Assembly: GCA_038087875.1 (NCBI GenBank)
Contig: JAXLNO010003783.1
Location: forward strand, 1 to 64,000
Length of the DNA stretch: 64,000 bases
Reading direction: 5' to 3'
Source: Malacoraja senta
Taxonomy: Eukaryota
Part shown: piece by piece, positions 1-12,454 of the stretch
How positions within the stretch are numbered: the stretch's first letter is position 1
How the letters are laid out: every line of letters starts with the position of its first letter
Notes under the pieces: model-generated
What the model was told of the DNA's origin: nothing
Database searches by the model: none
What the model saw: only the letters and a program-made list of their open reading frames with translations
Translations under genes and position numbers: made by a program

Positions 1-233
1 AAAATAAAAATGAAAAGGTTATTAACGTATCATGTAGGCTAGCCGTATATGCAAAAACATTCAAATTGAGGATGTTTCATTCTAAATATATTTAATATAT
101 AATAATTATGAATAATTTAAAACACTATTAACATTTATGACAGAAATTGACATTGTTGCGGGAAATCAACTTTGAATCCAGATTACGTAGAGGTTGTTAG
201 TGTTGCAGAGTGCGGGGCAGCCAAGCTCCAGAA

Positions 234-346
234 TCACATCACTGGTTCTCCGTGGACACGGAACAGTAGAGGCAAGTGTATTCTGGATGGCCCCAGTTGT
301 TATTCACCCGCAGTTCAGTGAATTTGTAAACGGCAGCATCTTTATT
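234..346 (-). CDS. SUN-domain terminal exon (frameshifted)
   Basis: Acceptor ttgctttgtag, then NKDAAVYKFTELRVNNNWGHPEYTCLY. FRVHGEPVM* follows only after a frame change at about 264-265. The exon is 113 nt where 114 is needed. Confidence 0.92.
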
Positions 347-734
347 CTACAAAGCAAAAAAACATGATGACAGATCAGGGAACCTGTGCTTCAGTATGAA
401 AGTACTGTACGCTGGAGAGAAGATGGATTAGCTACAAACCAGACTTCAAACATCCTGCTGATCATGGATTTCAGGACATTCTATTCAATTACATACAGCA
501 TTGATACAAGCATTTTATCATGGAAAAGGTAGATGTTTTACAGAGGTAAAAGGGGAACATGGATCTCAAATGACAGCAGGAAATACTGGGAGCAACAGCT
601 TTACTCCATGTAGCATCGTGGATGAGGAGAGAACATGCTTACTTACACAGGCTTGCTTTGTGGAAACTGACAAATTGTGAATAAAGTGGCCATGAAAAAT
701 AAACTTCTATTCTGGAAAGATAAAATGCTGGAGT

Positions 735-1220
735 TCACAAGATTGATCCCTGGGATGGCGGGACTGTCATATGGGGAAAGATTGAAAAGACTAGGCTTGT
801 ATTCACTGGAGTTTAGAAGGATGAGAGGATATCTTATAGAAACATATTAAATTATACAAGGACTGGACAAGCTAGATGCAGGAAAAATGTTCCCAATGTT
901 GGGCGAGTCCAGAACCAGGGGCCACAGACTTAGAATAAAGGGGAGCTCATTTAAGAATGAGGTGAGAAAAAAAATATCACCCAGGGAGTTGTGAATTTAT
1001 GGAATTCCCTGCCACAGAGGGCAGTGGAGGCCAAGTCACTGGATGGATTTAAGAGAGAGTTAGATAGAGCTCTGGGGGCTGGTGGAATCAAGGGCTATGG
1101 GAAGAAGGCAGGCACGGGATATTGATAAGGGACGATCAGCCATGATCACAATGAATGGCGGTGCTGGCTCGAAGGGCTGAATGGCCTCCTCCTACACCTA
1201 TTTTCTATGTTTCTATGTAA
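735..1220 (+). mobile_element. CR1/HER1-type LINE 3' fragment
   Basis: RT C-terminal coding remnant (LGLYSLEFRRMRG-like) and a (TTCTATGT)n tail. Confidence 0.85.
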
Positions 1221-3659
1221 TAACTCAGTGGGTCGGCAGCATTCCTGGACCTGCCTGACCTGCTGAGTTACTCCAGCATTTTGTGTCTTTCCTCGGTAAA
1301 CCAGCATCTGCAGGTTCTTGTTTCTACAATCTGTAATCTGGATTGGTTCAGCAAGTTTGAAACTTGTAGATGCTTCAAGTAGATCAGCCACTGATCCAGC
1401 TCTCCTCAGTTTCCCTATCTCTGCATCTGAAAACATGTTTATCCTTGACCAGATTGTATGAATGGTCAATTAAATAAAGTATCTCTGCCCACCTGCTGCC
1501 TGACCCGAGTATTTCTAGCATTGTGTTTCAGTCCTCCATCACCTACAGATTTGCAATTTTCTATTTGTAACTTGTCATTTGTTCCAGTCAATCCGATATT
1601 TCCGATAATACGTGTCTGAAGAAGGGTCTCGACCTGAAATGCTTCCCATTCCTTCTCTCCAAAGATGCTGCCTGTCCCACTGAGTTACTCCTGCATTTTG
1701 TGTTCATCTTCGGTGTAAAGCATCTGCAGCATCAACATTTCCTTCTTACACACTGCGCTATTTGTAAATCACAAACTCCTGACATACTTGCCCAATATAT
1801 TTAATCTTCAGCAAAAGACACATGTGAGAGAACTTACTGACAGTCCATCTGATCCCTTGGGTCAGATCTTACAGTCAAGACCCATGAGTATTACTGAAGG
1901 GGGCTGCAAATCTGTTCAGTTGAGAAGGGATCAGCTGCAAGCAAGATTGGGGGAAGGGGGTTGGACAGGAATCTACAATAGGGCCTCCATTGTAAGTCTT
2001 AGCTGATCAGTGGTGCAGGAACAAGAAAGATTGGGGTTAGATCTAGGGGATCAAGAGGCCAGTACAGGGCCCACCTTAGGTTCCAACCAGTGTTGCATTG
2101 TGAATGGGGAAAGAAATTGTGGAGAACAATACATCCAGAATGAAGGAGCTTGGGGAAATTAGCATTAGTAAAACAAAAAAGCATTGGGGGAAATAAAGCA
2201 ACTAAAGATGATAAATCCCCATGGCTGGACAAACTGCATCTTAATATTTTGAAAGATGGCTATAGCAACAGTGGTTGTCATCTTTCAAAATTCCATAAAT
2301 GGTAGAACTTTCCCCACAAAACAGAAGGTAGCAAATTCCAGAAAGGAGGGAGATTAACAAAATGGAAAGTTTCAGATCAATCTGCCTTTTAGAGTTATGG
2401 AAAATAATGCAATCTATGAATACAGAAGTAGTAACATGTAGCTTCAAATAAATAGGCTGGGTAGGGTCAAATTGATTTTCAATGACAAATGTTTGACAAA
2501 TCCATTCAAGTTTTTTTTAAGGTTTAACAAGCAGGTGTAAGATGGTGTGTATTTAGACTTTCAGAAAGTGTCCAACTAAGTCCCATTAATAATTTGGACG
2601 AAGGGATCAAAATGTATGGAAGTTTGCTAACCAAAGCAGGGTGGCTGTGTGAGCTGAACAGGATTAGGAGAGGCTTCTTTGGATAATGACAGGTTAAATG
2701 AATGAGCAGGGACATGCAGATGAAATATCATGCAGAAAAATGGTTGGAAGAAACACAAAAAAGTATGTTCTTTATGACACAGTATCCTGGGCATGATCAA
2801 CTTGGTTGAACGGCTGTGGTAATGCCCCAAAAGAAGAAAGAAGGACAACACCCTGCAAAGACCAATGTGGAGACCACATCAGATGCACAACGGGGACAAT
2901 CACAGTAAATACTGCAGTTTCCAGAGTAAAAGGGATTTCAAGACACTGCATGAAAACATCACCGTGCCAGAATTGCAAGCTTTAGTTGCCTTCACTTGAG
3001 TTCATCCACATTCACTCACTGGTGGCTCCTGGATCATGTGATTGATCTTTGCCACCTTGATCTCCATTACTGGAATGAATCAGCTTGGCATTCTATAAAG
3101 CCTTTGCCTAAAGCAAATATGTTTTAAGTGAGAAAAGGGTGGCACGGAGGCGCAGCGGTAGAGTTGCTGCCTTACAACTCCGGGTTCCAGAGTTTGTATA
3201 TTCTCCCCATGGGTTTTATAGACAATAGATAATAGACAATAGGTGCACGAGTAGGCCATTCGGCCCTTCGAGCCAGCACCGCCATTCAATGTGATCATGG
3301 CTGATCATTTTCTCCGAGATCTTCGGTTTCCTTCCACACCAAATACTGGTTTGTAGGTTAATTGTGTTGGTATAAATGTCATTTGCCCTCGTGTGGGTCT
3401 TGTGAGTCTGTGGAATTCTCTGCCACAGAGGGCGCTTCTCTGGATACTTTCAAGAGAGAGCAAGATCGGGCTCTTGAAGATAGCGGAGTCAGGGGATATG
3501 GGGAGAAGGCAGGAGCAGGGTGCTCATTGTGGATGATCAGCCATGATCACATTGAATGGCGGTGCTGGCTTGAATGGCCATATGGCCTACTCCTGCACCT
3601 ATTGTCTATTGATAGTGTTAGTGTGCGGGGATTCCTGGTCGCTGGTCGGTGCGGACTAA

Positions 3660-4303
3660 GGGCCTGTCCCACTTGGGCCGTCACTTACGCAACAGGCCGG
3701 TAGTGAAGGTCGCGCGATGGTCCCGTGAGAGTCGCGCACGTCATCATGTGCCCGCACAGCCGTCTGGAGCACGTGACGTCATTTGTAAATGGGCACAAAA
3801 TGCAGGAGTAACTCAGCGGGACCGGCAGCATCACTGGAGAGAAGGAATAGATGATATTTTGGGTCGAGACCCTTCTTCAGTCTGAAAGAAGGGTCTTGAC
3901 ACGGAACGTCACTCATTCCTTCTCACCCAGAGATGCTGCCTGTCCCGCTGAGTTACTCCGGCATTTTATGTCTATCTTGAATCGTCTTGGCCCTGATCTG
4001 GGAGTAGAAGTGGGGGCGGATCTGGATCCGCAACGGCCGTGAGCCACAGGCTGAGTTTGACGATCGTTTGCTTGCTTCAGCTGCTGTTGGAGGTGAGACG
4101 TTGCGTCGCGCCAGGGTCTTGGGCCTAACCCACTTTGGCCATCAGTTACGTGACAGGCCGTTGGCGCGCGAAGATTTCGTGCAGGACGAAGTCCACAATC
4201 CTCCACACCACACCATGCGCCCGTCCCCGTGCTACCCACGTACTACCCACACGCTAGCAAGTCGCGTAAATGGCGCGCGAAAGACAGCCAGGTGGGACAA
4301 CCC
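3660..4303. mobile_element. MITE with (A)GGGCCTGTCCCAC terminal inverted repeats, inserted into an HE1 SINE tail
   Basis: Left end gggcctgtcccact, degenerate right end ggtgggacaaccc, followed by ttaa; contains a nested Penelope-derived palindrome. Confidence 0.65.
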
Positions 4304-4577
4304 TTAAGGGCCTGTTTCAGCACTGCATCTCTAAGCTAAACTAAAACATGGGTGAAGTCAGCACCAAAACTCAGAATCATAGTTCAAACACCAGTGAGCG
4401 AACTGTCAAATATTGGCACATGCCAGATTTTGGTTAACAGTTACTACATAGCAAAGTATATTTTTGTAAAAGATAGATAAATATTTGAGGCAAAGGAAAA
4501 TAAAAGCTTGCAGGAAAAGGCCAAGGTTATAGGATTGTTCCAGCAAAGAATCAATGATCCTTTATTCACTTCCATAC

Positions 4578-4670
4578 CTGCACCTCAAACGTCTGGATTG
4601 AATCCCCTTCCTCGTTGTACGTGTATTGTCCCAATAGGATCCCTTCGGCTTGATTTTCATCATCCAAGCC
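4578..4670 (-). CDS. SUN-domain exon GLDDENQAEGILLGQYTYNEEGDSIQTFEVQ
   Basis: 93 nt, phase 0/0, acceptor ttcacag, donor gtatgg; matches SUN1 GLENEYQEEGQLLGQFTYDQDGESLQMF. Confidence 0.93.
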
Positions 4671-5609
4671 CTGTGAACAAGTAGAAATTAGCAAGCTTTA
4701 CACACAGAAAATTACGCTCCAGTCACCCCAACTATTCTACCAGCTGACGAAAGCAGGACTTTCACCCTTGCCTGGAAGAAAGCTTCAAGATTCAAGATTC
4801 AAGTGAGTTTATTGTCATGTGTCCCTGATAGGACAATGAAATTCTTGCTTTGCTTCAGCACAACAGAACATAGTAGGCATTGACATAGTAGGCAAGACAT
4901 TGGTTGAATATATAAAGTCATTTCATTTCAAACAGTCAATTTGAAAAATGACATCACCTCATTTAGCACATGAAGTGAATCTGTACACAATCAAACAGAA
5001 TGAAACGATGCGTAGCATCAACTCTCATCTGTGGTAGAATCAGTGTGTCCCACCATAGGGGGCCTCGTCAGGCACCTCTATACCCACAGAACTAGAGTGG
5101 AAGCAAGTCATCCTCAATCCTGAGAGAATACCACTGAAGAATTGTTCACCCCCACTCAGGAAAGCACTTGGCATAAAAATTGTCCCTAGTATGTGTAGGG
5201 TAGTGTTAACTTTAATCTCATCTATTGGTTGTAAAGTTGCTTCATCACTGTATGAAGCTTTTGTGGTTAGCAGTGTTGAGGATTGTGCAATAAAGTGACA
5301 AAACTCAGTGAAGACAGTGAAAACCCAGAACCACAGTTCAAACACCAGTATGAGCAACTTGTGTAGCATGGAAGATTGAAGATTATATTAGAGGGCCTTC
5401 TATTTGAGGGATTATTGTTCTGGACTGTGAAATGGAATTTGCTCATTTTTAACAGAACTTGTTAATGTTATTGACGTGGATTGTGAGACCACTCAGGACC
5501 CTGAACATGGAATCCAATGTCCAAGAAAGCCATGCCATGTTCAGCAGCATGCTCCACACAAACACCATGGTTCCCAAACATTCACTCATATTCTATACGT
5601 TTCACTCAC

Positions 5610-5777
5610 ATACACAGAGAAGTCTTGACGGGCACTTCTAATTGATGCACTCGGAGAAATTGATCTTGGAATGTTATCTAGGGTAAAGGCTGTAGGCCTG
5701 ATCCGGACAGCAAGCTCGATGACAACAAAGCCTTGGGAGCCTTTAAATGGCCAACAGTTCCCAGGATGAACCTCCGG
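5610..5777 (-). CDS. SUN-domain exon PEVHPGNCWPFKGSQG...ARQDFSVY
   Basis: 168 nt, phase 0/0, donor gtgagt; contains the SUN PGNCW motif. Confidence 0.95.
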
Positions 5778-5820
5778 CTGCAAGAGAGAACAAGAACAAA
5801 ATAATTAGGAAAGATTCTTA

Positions 5821-6090
5821 GTTTTGTTTAGATATTCAGCGCAGAAACAGGAAATATTAACACTATCCTACCCACACTCGGGACAATTTTGTTTTACATT
5901 TACCAAGCCATATACCTACAAACCTGTACGTCTTTGGAGAGTTGAAGGAAACCAAAGATCTAGGAGAAAACCCACGCAGGTCACGGGGTGAACGTACAAA
6001 CTCCGTACAGACATCACCTATAGTTGGGATCGAACCGGGGTCTCTGGCGCTGCAAGCGCTGTAAGGCAACAATTCTACCACTGTGCTGCC
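5821..6090 (-). mobile_element. HE1-type tRNA-derived SINE
   Basis: Pol III A/B-box head and a (TTTAG)n tail; one of more than 15 copies in the window. Confidence 0.85.
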
Positions 6091-7775
6091 CACAATTCTC
6101 TACCCACAATTATCCCCCTTCCTTTCAACAGAACACTGATTTTTCCTACAGGGACAGCAAAGATTTGGATTTTTGGACACGATCCACATGAGGATATGAG
6201 GATACTTTCAGAATAATGAAAGGCATAGAGTGGATGTGGAAAAGATGTTTCCACTTGTGGGAGAGTCTTGGACCAGACGACATAGGCTCAGAATTAAAGG
6301 GTGCGCCTTTAGAAATGAGGTGAGGAGGAACTTCATTACCACAGAGGGCTGTGGAGGCCAAGTCAGTGGATATTTTTAAGGCAGAGATAGACCAATTCTT
6401 GATTAGAACGGGTGTCAATGGTATTTTGGGAACAGGGATGGGTTGTTGGGGTGGGGGTTGCTATGGCAGGAATCTGCAGTCTCGACCCCTCAATGCTTTC
6501 TGCCAATTTACGTCAACCCTGCACAATGAGAAAACGCGCTACAATTTTCCAGCAGAGCCCATTGCTGCTCTCTCACCATTTACAAAGTATCAGGACAAGT
6601 ACCTGAACCAGCAGGACCTCTGTCTCGGGTAGTGTGATCAAATGCAACCCAAAATATGCTTTCTCTGATTTCCTCTAAATCTTTCTTTGTTTTAAAACCT
6701 CAACCCTCTGGACTTAGGCACCTCTGTAAGCTACAGGCAAATGCTGGCAAATGGGATTAGTTGTATGGGTACCTGATGGTTGAAGTGGACGTGTTGGGCA
6801 CAAAGGGCCTGTTTCTGTGCTATATGCCTCCACAAGTGGATTTAAAAATCTGAACTCAATTGAAGATTTGACAAACACACTGGCAATCTACATCCAGGTG
6901 GGAGGAATGGGGAGCAGAAAGTGTCAGAGTTTGGTTAAAGCAGATGGAAGGAGCCCACTTTTCCTTAAGGAAGGATATTTTGCTATGGAGGGAACACATC
7001 AGAAGTGCAGCAGATTAACTGTAGGGATGGCAGAGCCGACGTATGAAGAACAATCTGGTCAATATTCACTGGAGTTTGGAAGGAATGATCATTTTATAGA
7101 AACCTACAACAAAGTTCTAACAGGACTGGAAAGATTCGAGGTAAGATGTTCCTGATGCTGGGGAGTTTCAGGACCAGGATCGCAGTGCGAGGATAAGGTG
7201 AGGTCATGTAGAACTCAGTGGGGGAGAAATCTCTTCATCCAGAGTGGTGAGCCAGAGGAATTCTCTATCATGGAATGCAATTGAAATCAGATCGTTGAAT
7301 ATACTCATGAGTTAAATATTGTTCTGGTAGCTAGAGGGACCAAGATGTATGGGGATAAAGGTATGGGGAGTCCCCCAACTGGGGACACAATTTGGATGAT
7401 CAGCCATTATCACACTGAGGGGTTGAGTGGGCGTGAAGGGCCACATTGCTTACTCCTGTTCATAATTTCCATGTTTCTATTCCATATCCCACAACTGTGG
7501 TACTGAACAAGCACGCATGGTGGACCATTGCATGATTTTTTTTACATATATATCAATACCTTGCATTTTTCTGACTGGGAAGAACTGTTATGCAGACAGA
7601 TTATGTTTCACATAAACCTGGGGAAAGCAGAAGACACACACTAGTTGTGGTGCCCCCAGCAGCAAATCTTGAAGCTGTGGACCTATAGCGTCCCTGTCCC
7701 TTGCTACCTCTAGGAGAGGATTCAAAGGTGACTGCTTTCAAGACAGAAGGGAGCAGCAGTACAAGGATTATATAC

Positions 7776-7891
7776 CATAATGACAGCTCTAGGTGAGTGA
7801 GATTGGTACAACAGTGGAAAGCCAAACAGAGTAAGAAGAGCAGTCTTGGTCTCTAACGTCTCTGTGCAGCGTGTGTGGATCACACTGCCAC
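7776..7891 (-). CDS. SUN-domain exon GGSVIHTRCTETLETKTALLTLFGFPLLYQSHSPRAVIM (KASH-lid region)
   Basis: 116 nt, phase 1/0, acceptor ttctcttgttag; matches SUN1 GGSILSTRCSETYETKTALMSLFGIPLWYFSQSPRVVIQ. Confidence 0.94.
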
Positions 7892-8201
7892 CTAACAAGA
7901 GAAAACAGAATCATTATCATATCACTGAATGGACAAAGTTAATCATGAATCCTTCAAGAAATATGCAGGTTTGCAGGGAACTGCAAAACTCTGGCAGAGG
8001 GATTGGAAAGTTTTTGCTTGAGTGCTGACCACTAAGAAGAACTTTCCAATTTGTCCAAGAACTCAACACATCCAGCACAACTGCAGAAATAATTTAATGT
8101 TACAATCACAATTGTTTAAGTAAACTTCAAAGCTAATTTTCATACAATGTCCAACAGGTTGGAGCACAGAATCCAGCTGAAACTTTCAATGCGCAGCTGA
8201 A

Positions 8202-8220
8202 TGGCCACCAGGTGGCAGTG
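8202..8220 (+). promoter_or_regulatory. CTCF-like motif
   Basis: TGGCCACCAGGTGGCAGTG is a close match to the CTCF consensus; it lies in non-repetitive SUN intron sequence. Confidence 0.35.
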
Positions 8221-10376
8221 GTTGGATAAGTACCCTCCCAAATCTCAACCATTTACTTGCTCTCATCATTTTTTCCATTCAATACAACTATAATAAACAA
8301 GGAGCTGTTTTTGCAAAAATTAAGCACAATGAGAAAGATTTCTGTAACATAAAATGGGAGTAAAACTTCTACCCGCTGACCAAGATATAAAAATATTGTT
8401 ATTTGTGGGCAGTTAGCTGGGAACGTGTGCAACCAACGACTGCTGTCTGCATAGGTTCTTTTTCTCAATTATATAAAGTCATTTAGCATTACATCTGACC
8501 TAGTTTAGAGACTAACCAGAAAGGACAATTTATCTTGTAGAACATATATTTTAAAAATATTGTAGAACATATATTTACATCGCAGGAACAGGCCCTTTTG
8601 TCCCACTGTGTCTGCCTAACTCATCCCATCTGACTGGACATGGTCTACATCCCTCTACTCCCTGTCTGTACATGTATCTGTCCAAATGCCTTTTAAAGAT
8701 TACTATTGTATCTGCTTCCACCACCTCCCGACAACACACCTACAGCTGTGCAAGAAAAACTTGCCTCACACATCTCCTTTAAACATCCCCCCTCTCACCT
8801 TAACTCTATGCCCTGGCGTATTTGACATTTCCACCTTGGGGAAAGACTGCCTCCTCCATCTATATATCTCTCATAATTTTATATACTTCTATCAGGTCTC
8901 GTCTCAGCCTCTGATGCTCCGTTTGTCCAACCTCCCCTTATAGCTAATATTCTATTCTAACATTCTGTCTAATCCAGGCAGCATCCTGGTCATTCTGCAG
9001 ACGGCTGAAACCTAAAGTAGATCTTCAGCTTTCTACACAATTCCAATTGTCCAATGTTAGCTTGAGAAGAACCAAGCTTCTATCCACATTTCAAACCATG
9101 AGCTTGTCTTCTTTTCTTGCACTTCTACAGGTGTTTAAGATTTCATTCGTCTACCACTAGTTGCATCTTCACCGATCCAGCTGGTATCGACATTCATCTC
9201 AAATGTCTCCTGGTCTCCAGTCTATCTACTTTGTTCTCACTTTCTCTGCAACTTAAACTTTGCTTCACGGAATAAAACTGGCCATCCAACAGTAGAGGGG
9301 AGCAATTAAATCAGGGCAGCACAGTGACGGATCGGTAGACCTCCTGCCTGACAGCACCAGAGACTTGGGTTTGATCCTGTCTACGGGTGCTGTCTGTACG
9401 GAGTTTGTACATTCTCCCTGTGACCACATGGGTTTTCTCCGGGTGCTCTTGTATCCTCCCACACTCCAAAGATGTACAGGTTTGTAGGTTAATTGTAAGT
9501 TGTAAAATTGGCCAGAGGGCAGAATAAGACCCATCTTTTCTTCATACACATTAAATGACTTGGAGTTTCAGATTTGCAGATGATACTGTGAACTGGGGAT
9601 ATTCATGGAATTGGAGGCAAATACAGAATATGGTTTGAACAGCTGTAATTCAAATGTGAAATATTTCATTTTGGGAGGAGGAATAAGGTAATGTAAACTA
9701 GAGGGCACAATTCTAAAAGGAGTGAAGAAACAACAGTGTCTCTGGAATGGGTGACGTTTCGGGTCGAGATCCTTCATCAGACCTTCACATCCTTCTTACA
9801 CACGAGGGTGATATATGTGCCTAATTTACTGAAAGAAGAAAGTTTAGGATGTTGTTTAAAAACGCCTGTACTTTATAAATAACGGCTCAGGGTACAAGAG
9901 CAAAGAAGTGATGGGGAACTTTGTAAAGCACAGGCTTGGCCACAGCTGGAGTAGTGCATCCAGTCCTGGCTGCCTTGCCCTCAGAAAGGCATGAAGCTTC
10001 GGAGAGAGTGTACACGAGAGTAACCAATGTGTTTGAAGGGATGGTGGAGCAGTGGACAGAATAAAGATGGCCGATGGTGCCCCAGGGCAAGGCCATCCCA
10101 CCGATGGCTCGGCCTTTAAATGAGTTGTGGCTGGCGCAACATCAAGCAGTTACAAGTTAAATTAACATTCAGCAGTGTGAACCTCAGCAGCTCTGGGGAA
10201 ACCTGTACTGTCAACATAGATCTGTACTTGCCTATTCAGGACATATTGCCCAGTGTGAAAGAGACCCCATTCCACAGGAGCAAGTCAAACATGACTAAAG
10301 TGCCTGCCCACACAACACCCTTTCAGTCTGTTACATTCAGAGTTTTACTTGGCCCGGGCTTTTGTCTGATACTTAC

Positions 10377-10461
10377 CAGCAGATTCCAGTGCATAATCCA
10401 CCAATCCAACCCTGTCAGCGCTGTACAGTTTCAGGGCTTGCTCCACAATGCTTTTCACTTC
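10377..10461 (-). CDS. SUN exon EVKSIVEQALKLYSADRVGLVDYALESA
   Basis: 85 nt, phase 0/1, donor gtaagt; contains the DYALES motif at the start of the SUN domain. Confidence 0.93.
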
Positions 10462-11559
10462 CTACCAAAGGATAAAATAACAATAATCTGGGATAAGAAG
10501 GGGGCAGTAGAGTGTAATAGAGTGCAGAGCCCACACACATACAGAAACCAGACGGGCAATGCTCCCTTCAACAGGTCCCACAAAATGATCCCTCTTATCC
10601 ATTCCCATAATCTGGAATTAGCAAGGTGTAATAAAAGTGAGCGATGGAGAGCCCAAGTTTGCTGCATAGAAGGCTGCAGGATTATGTGATCAGGTCAATA
10701 ATTATTACAATACATTGACATGGATACGACAGGTTTGGAGGGATATGGGGCAAACGCAGGCAGGTGGGACTAGTGTAGCTGGGACATGTTGGCCGGTGTT
10801 GACTTATGCAATGTTCCATTCAGTTTGACATTGCCTTACTATCTGTCCTTCACAGAAAGGTTCCTGAAGAAAACTACCTGTGACCACGTGATCAAGGTAG
10901 AACGAGTTACAGGCACTGTGGGAGAAGGACTCGATGGATCCCATCAGATGGCTCCCCAATCAGACAGAGGAACTCGCCAACAGTAGTGTGAGGAGCCCTC
11001 CCAGTCAGACCCTGCCTGCTCTGTCAGAAAAGCACCCCACTGCACGCTGCCATTGAGATGGTTGTGGTGTGGACAACATTCACCTCCTTATGCACTGGGT
11101 GTTTGACAGGAAGGTCAGAAGGAGAATGCAAGGGCTCTTGTCATGGTTCATCCTGTGCAGTTGTGCATCAGTGATCTAGGAACTGTTTACAGGGACACAC
11201 AACAAGATAAATTTCAACTGCAGCTGGAAGATCATTATCTCAGCGGAAGACTCACTTTGGTCTGCCCAAAAATTGATCTTCCCGCATAAGATGTGGGTAA
11301 ATGAATTGCTGCCGACTGGCACATTCCAGGGTGCGAGAGTATGTGGTGTGAGGGACACACTGAAGCTCAGTGCAGTGACCACAGAGGCTGTGGGGGAGTG
11401 GCCTTGGTCTAAGGTCCGGCCACCACTAGACACTGAGGGACTCTCAGACACTTCATAGGAGCACTGTTTAAGGATGTGGTGTTCATTGACACATTGCAAG
11501 CGAAAGTGCTGAATTGATGGAACGTAGAGCAAGACATGCCCCAATTTCATTACTATATA

Positions 11560-12376
11560 TCTATATAATTAAAAGTCTCATCTTGACCACTTCCTGTTTG
11601 CACTGCATATTGATTTTAGAAAAAACGCTACCACTTACGGTTGTGATTTTTAGTCATCTTACTCAGAGTCCCCTTCCGCTGCACAGGGCAAGAGGATTTT
11701 TCCCATCGATGAAAAATAAAAGAGTTATTTGTGTTTAAAAAATGTTGAGATTCTCTCTCCTGTCAATCACTGCCATGAAGGCCACGCCCCTTCTGGTGTG
11801 AGGGGGAGGGACTATAAAACTCGGAACTGTGGGAATGGCTCAGTCTCTGCAAGATGGGGGAGGGAGAGGTCACCTTGGTTGCCTTGCACCCTGCTTGAAA
11901 TGGTAACCATATAACCATAACAGCACGGAAACAGGCCATCTTGGCCCTAGGAAACTGCTTTTCAATTTGGTGGCCTTGCACCCTGCTTGAAATGGTAGGA
12001 AACTGCATTTGAATTTGGTGGCCTTGCTCTCTGCTTGAAATAGTAGGAAACTTCATTTGAATTTGGTGGCCTGCACTCTGCTTGAAATGGAATTTAAAGG
12101 AATAGCCTCGAGTCAACTGCCAGTCCACCAGCCGTGAGTGAGTGAGCTGCCAGCACACCAGGCTTGAGTGACTGAGCTGCCAGCCCAATAATCCATTCGG
12201 CCCACAATGTCCATACTAGCCCTTTGGAAACCAGTCCCTTCAGCCCACAACACCCAGAAAGCCCCTCCCCCTCCCACCGGCCACCAATATTAGAATTGGT
12301 GGAGAGGTGGAATATTGCATTGGTGGACCAGCCCTCCCGTGTGAACATGGGACCCAACGGGACCCACTTAGTCTAG
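11560..12376 (+). mobile_element. Non-autonomous Helitron
   Basis: 5' TC, 3' CTAG, inserted between A and T, subterminal hairpin tgggaccc-aac-gggaccca, no TSD; contains about four 48-nt internal tandem units (11880-12090). Confidence 0.8.
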
Positions 12377-12454
12377 TATTATCAATAAATTACATTTCTG
12401 AAATACAATGATGTGTTCCAGAGTTAGAGCCACTGGCTGCTTGCATGCTTGTAC

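Noticed and set aside
3136-3200. tRNA-like sequences
   Set aside because: They are SINE heads with A/B boxes, not complete cloverleaf tRNA genes.
10120-10689. 189-aa plus-strand ORF
   Set aside because: It is antisense to a SUN exon and its intron, with no recognisable motif.
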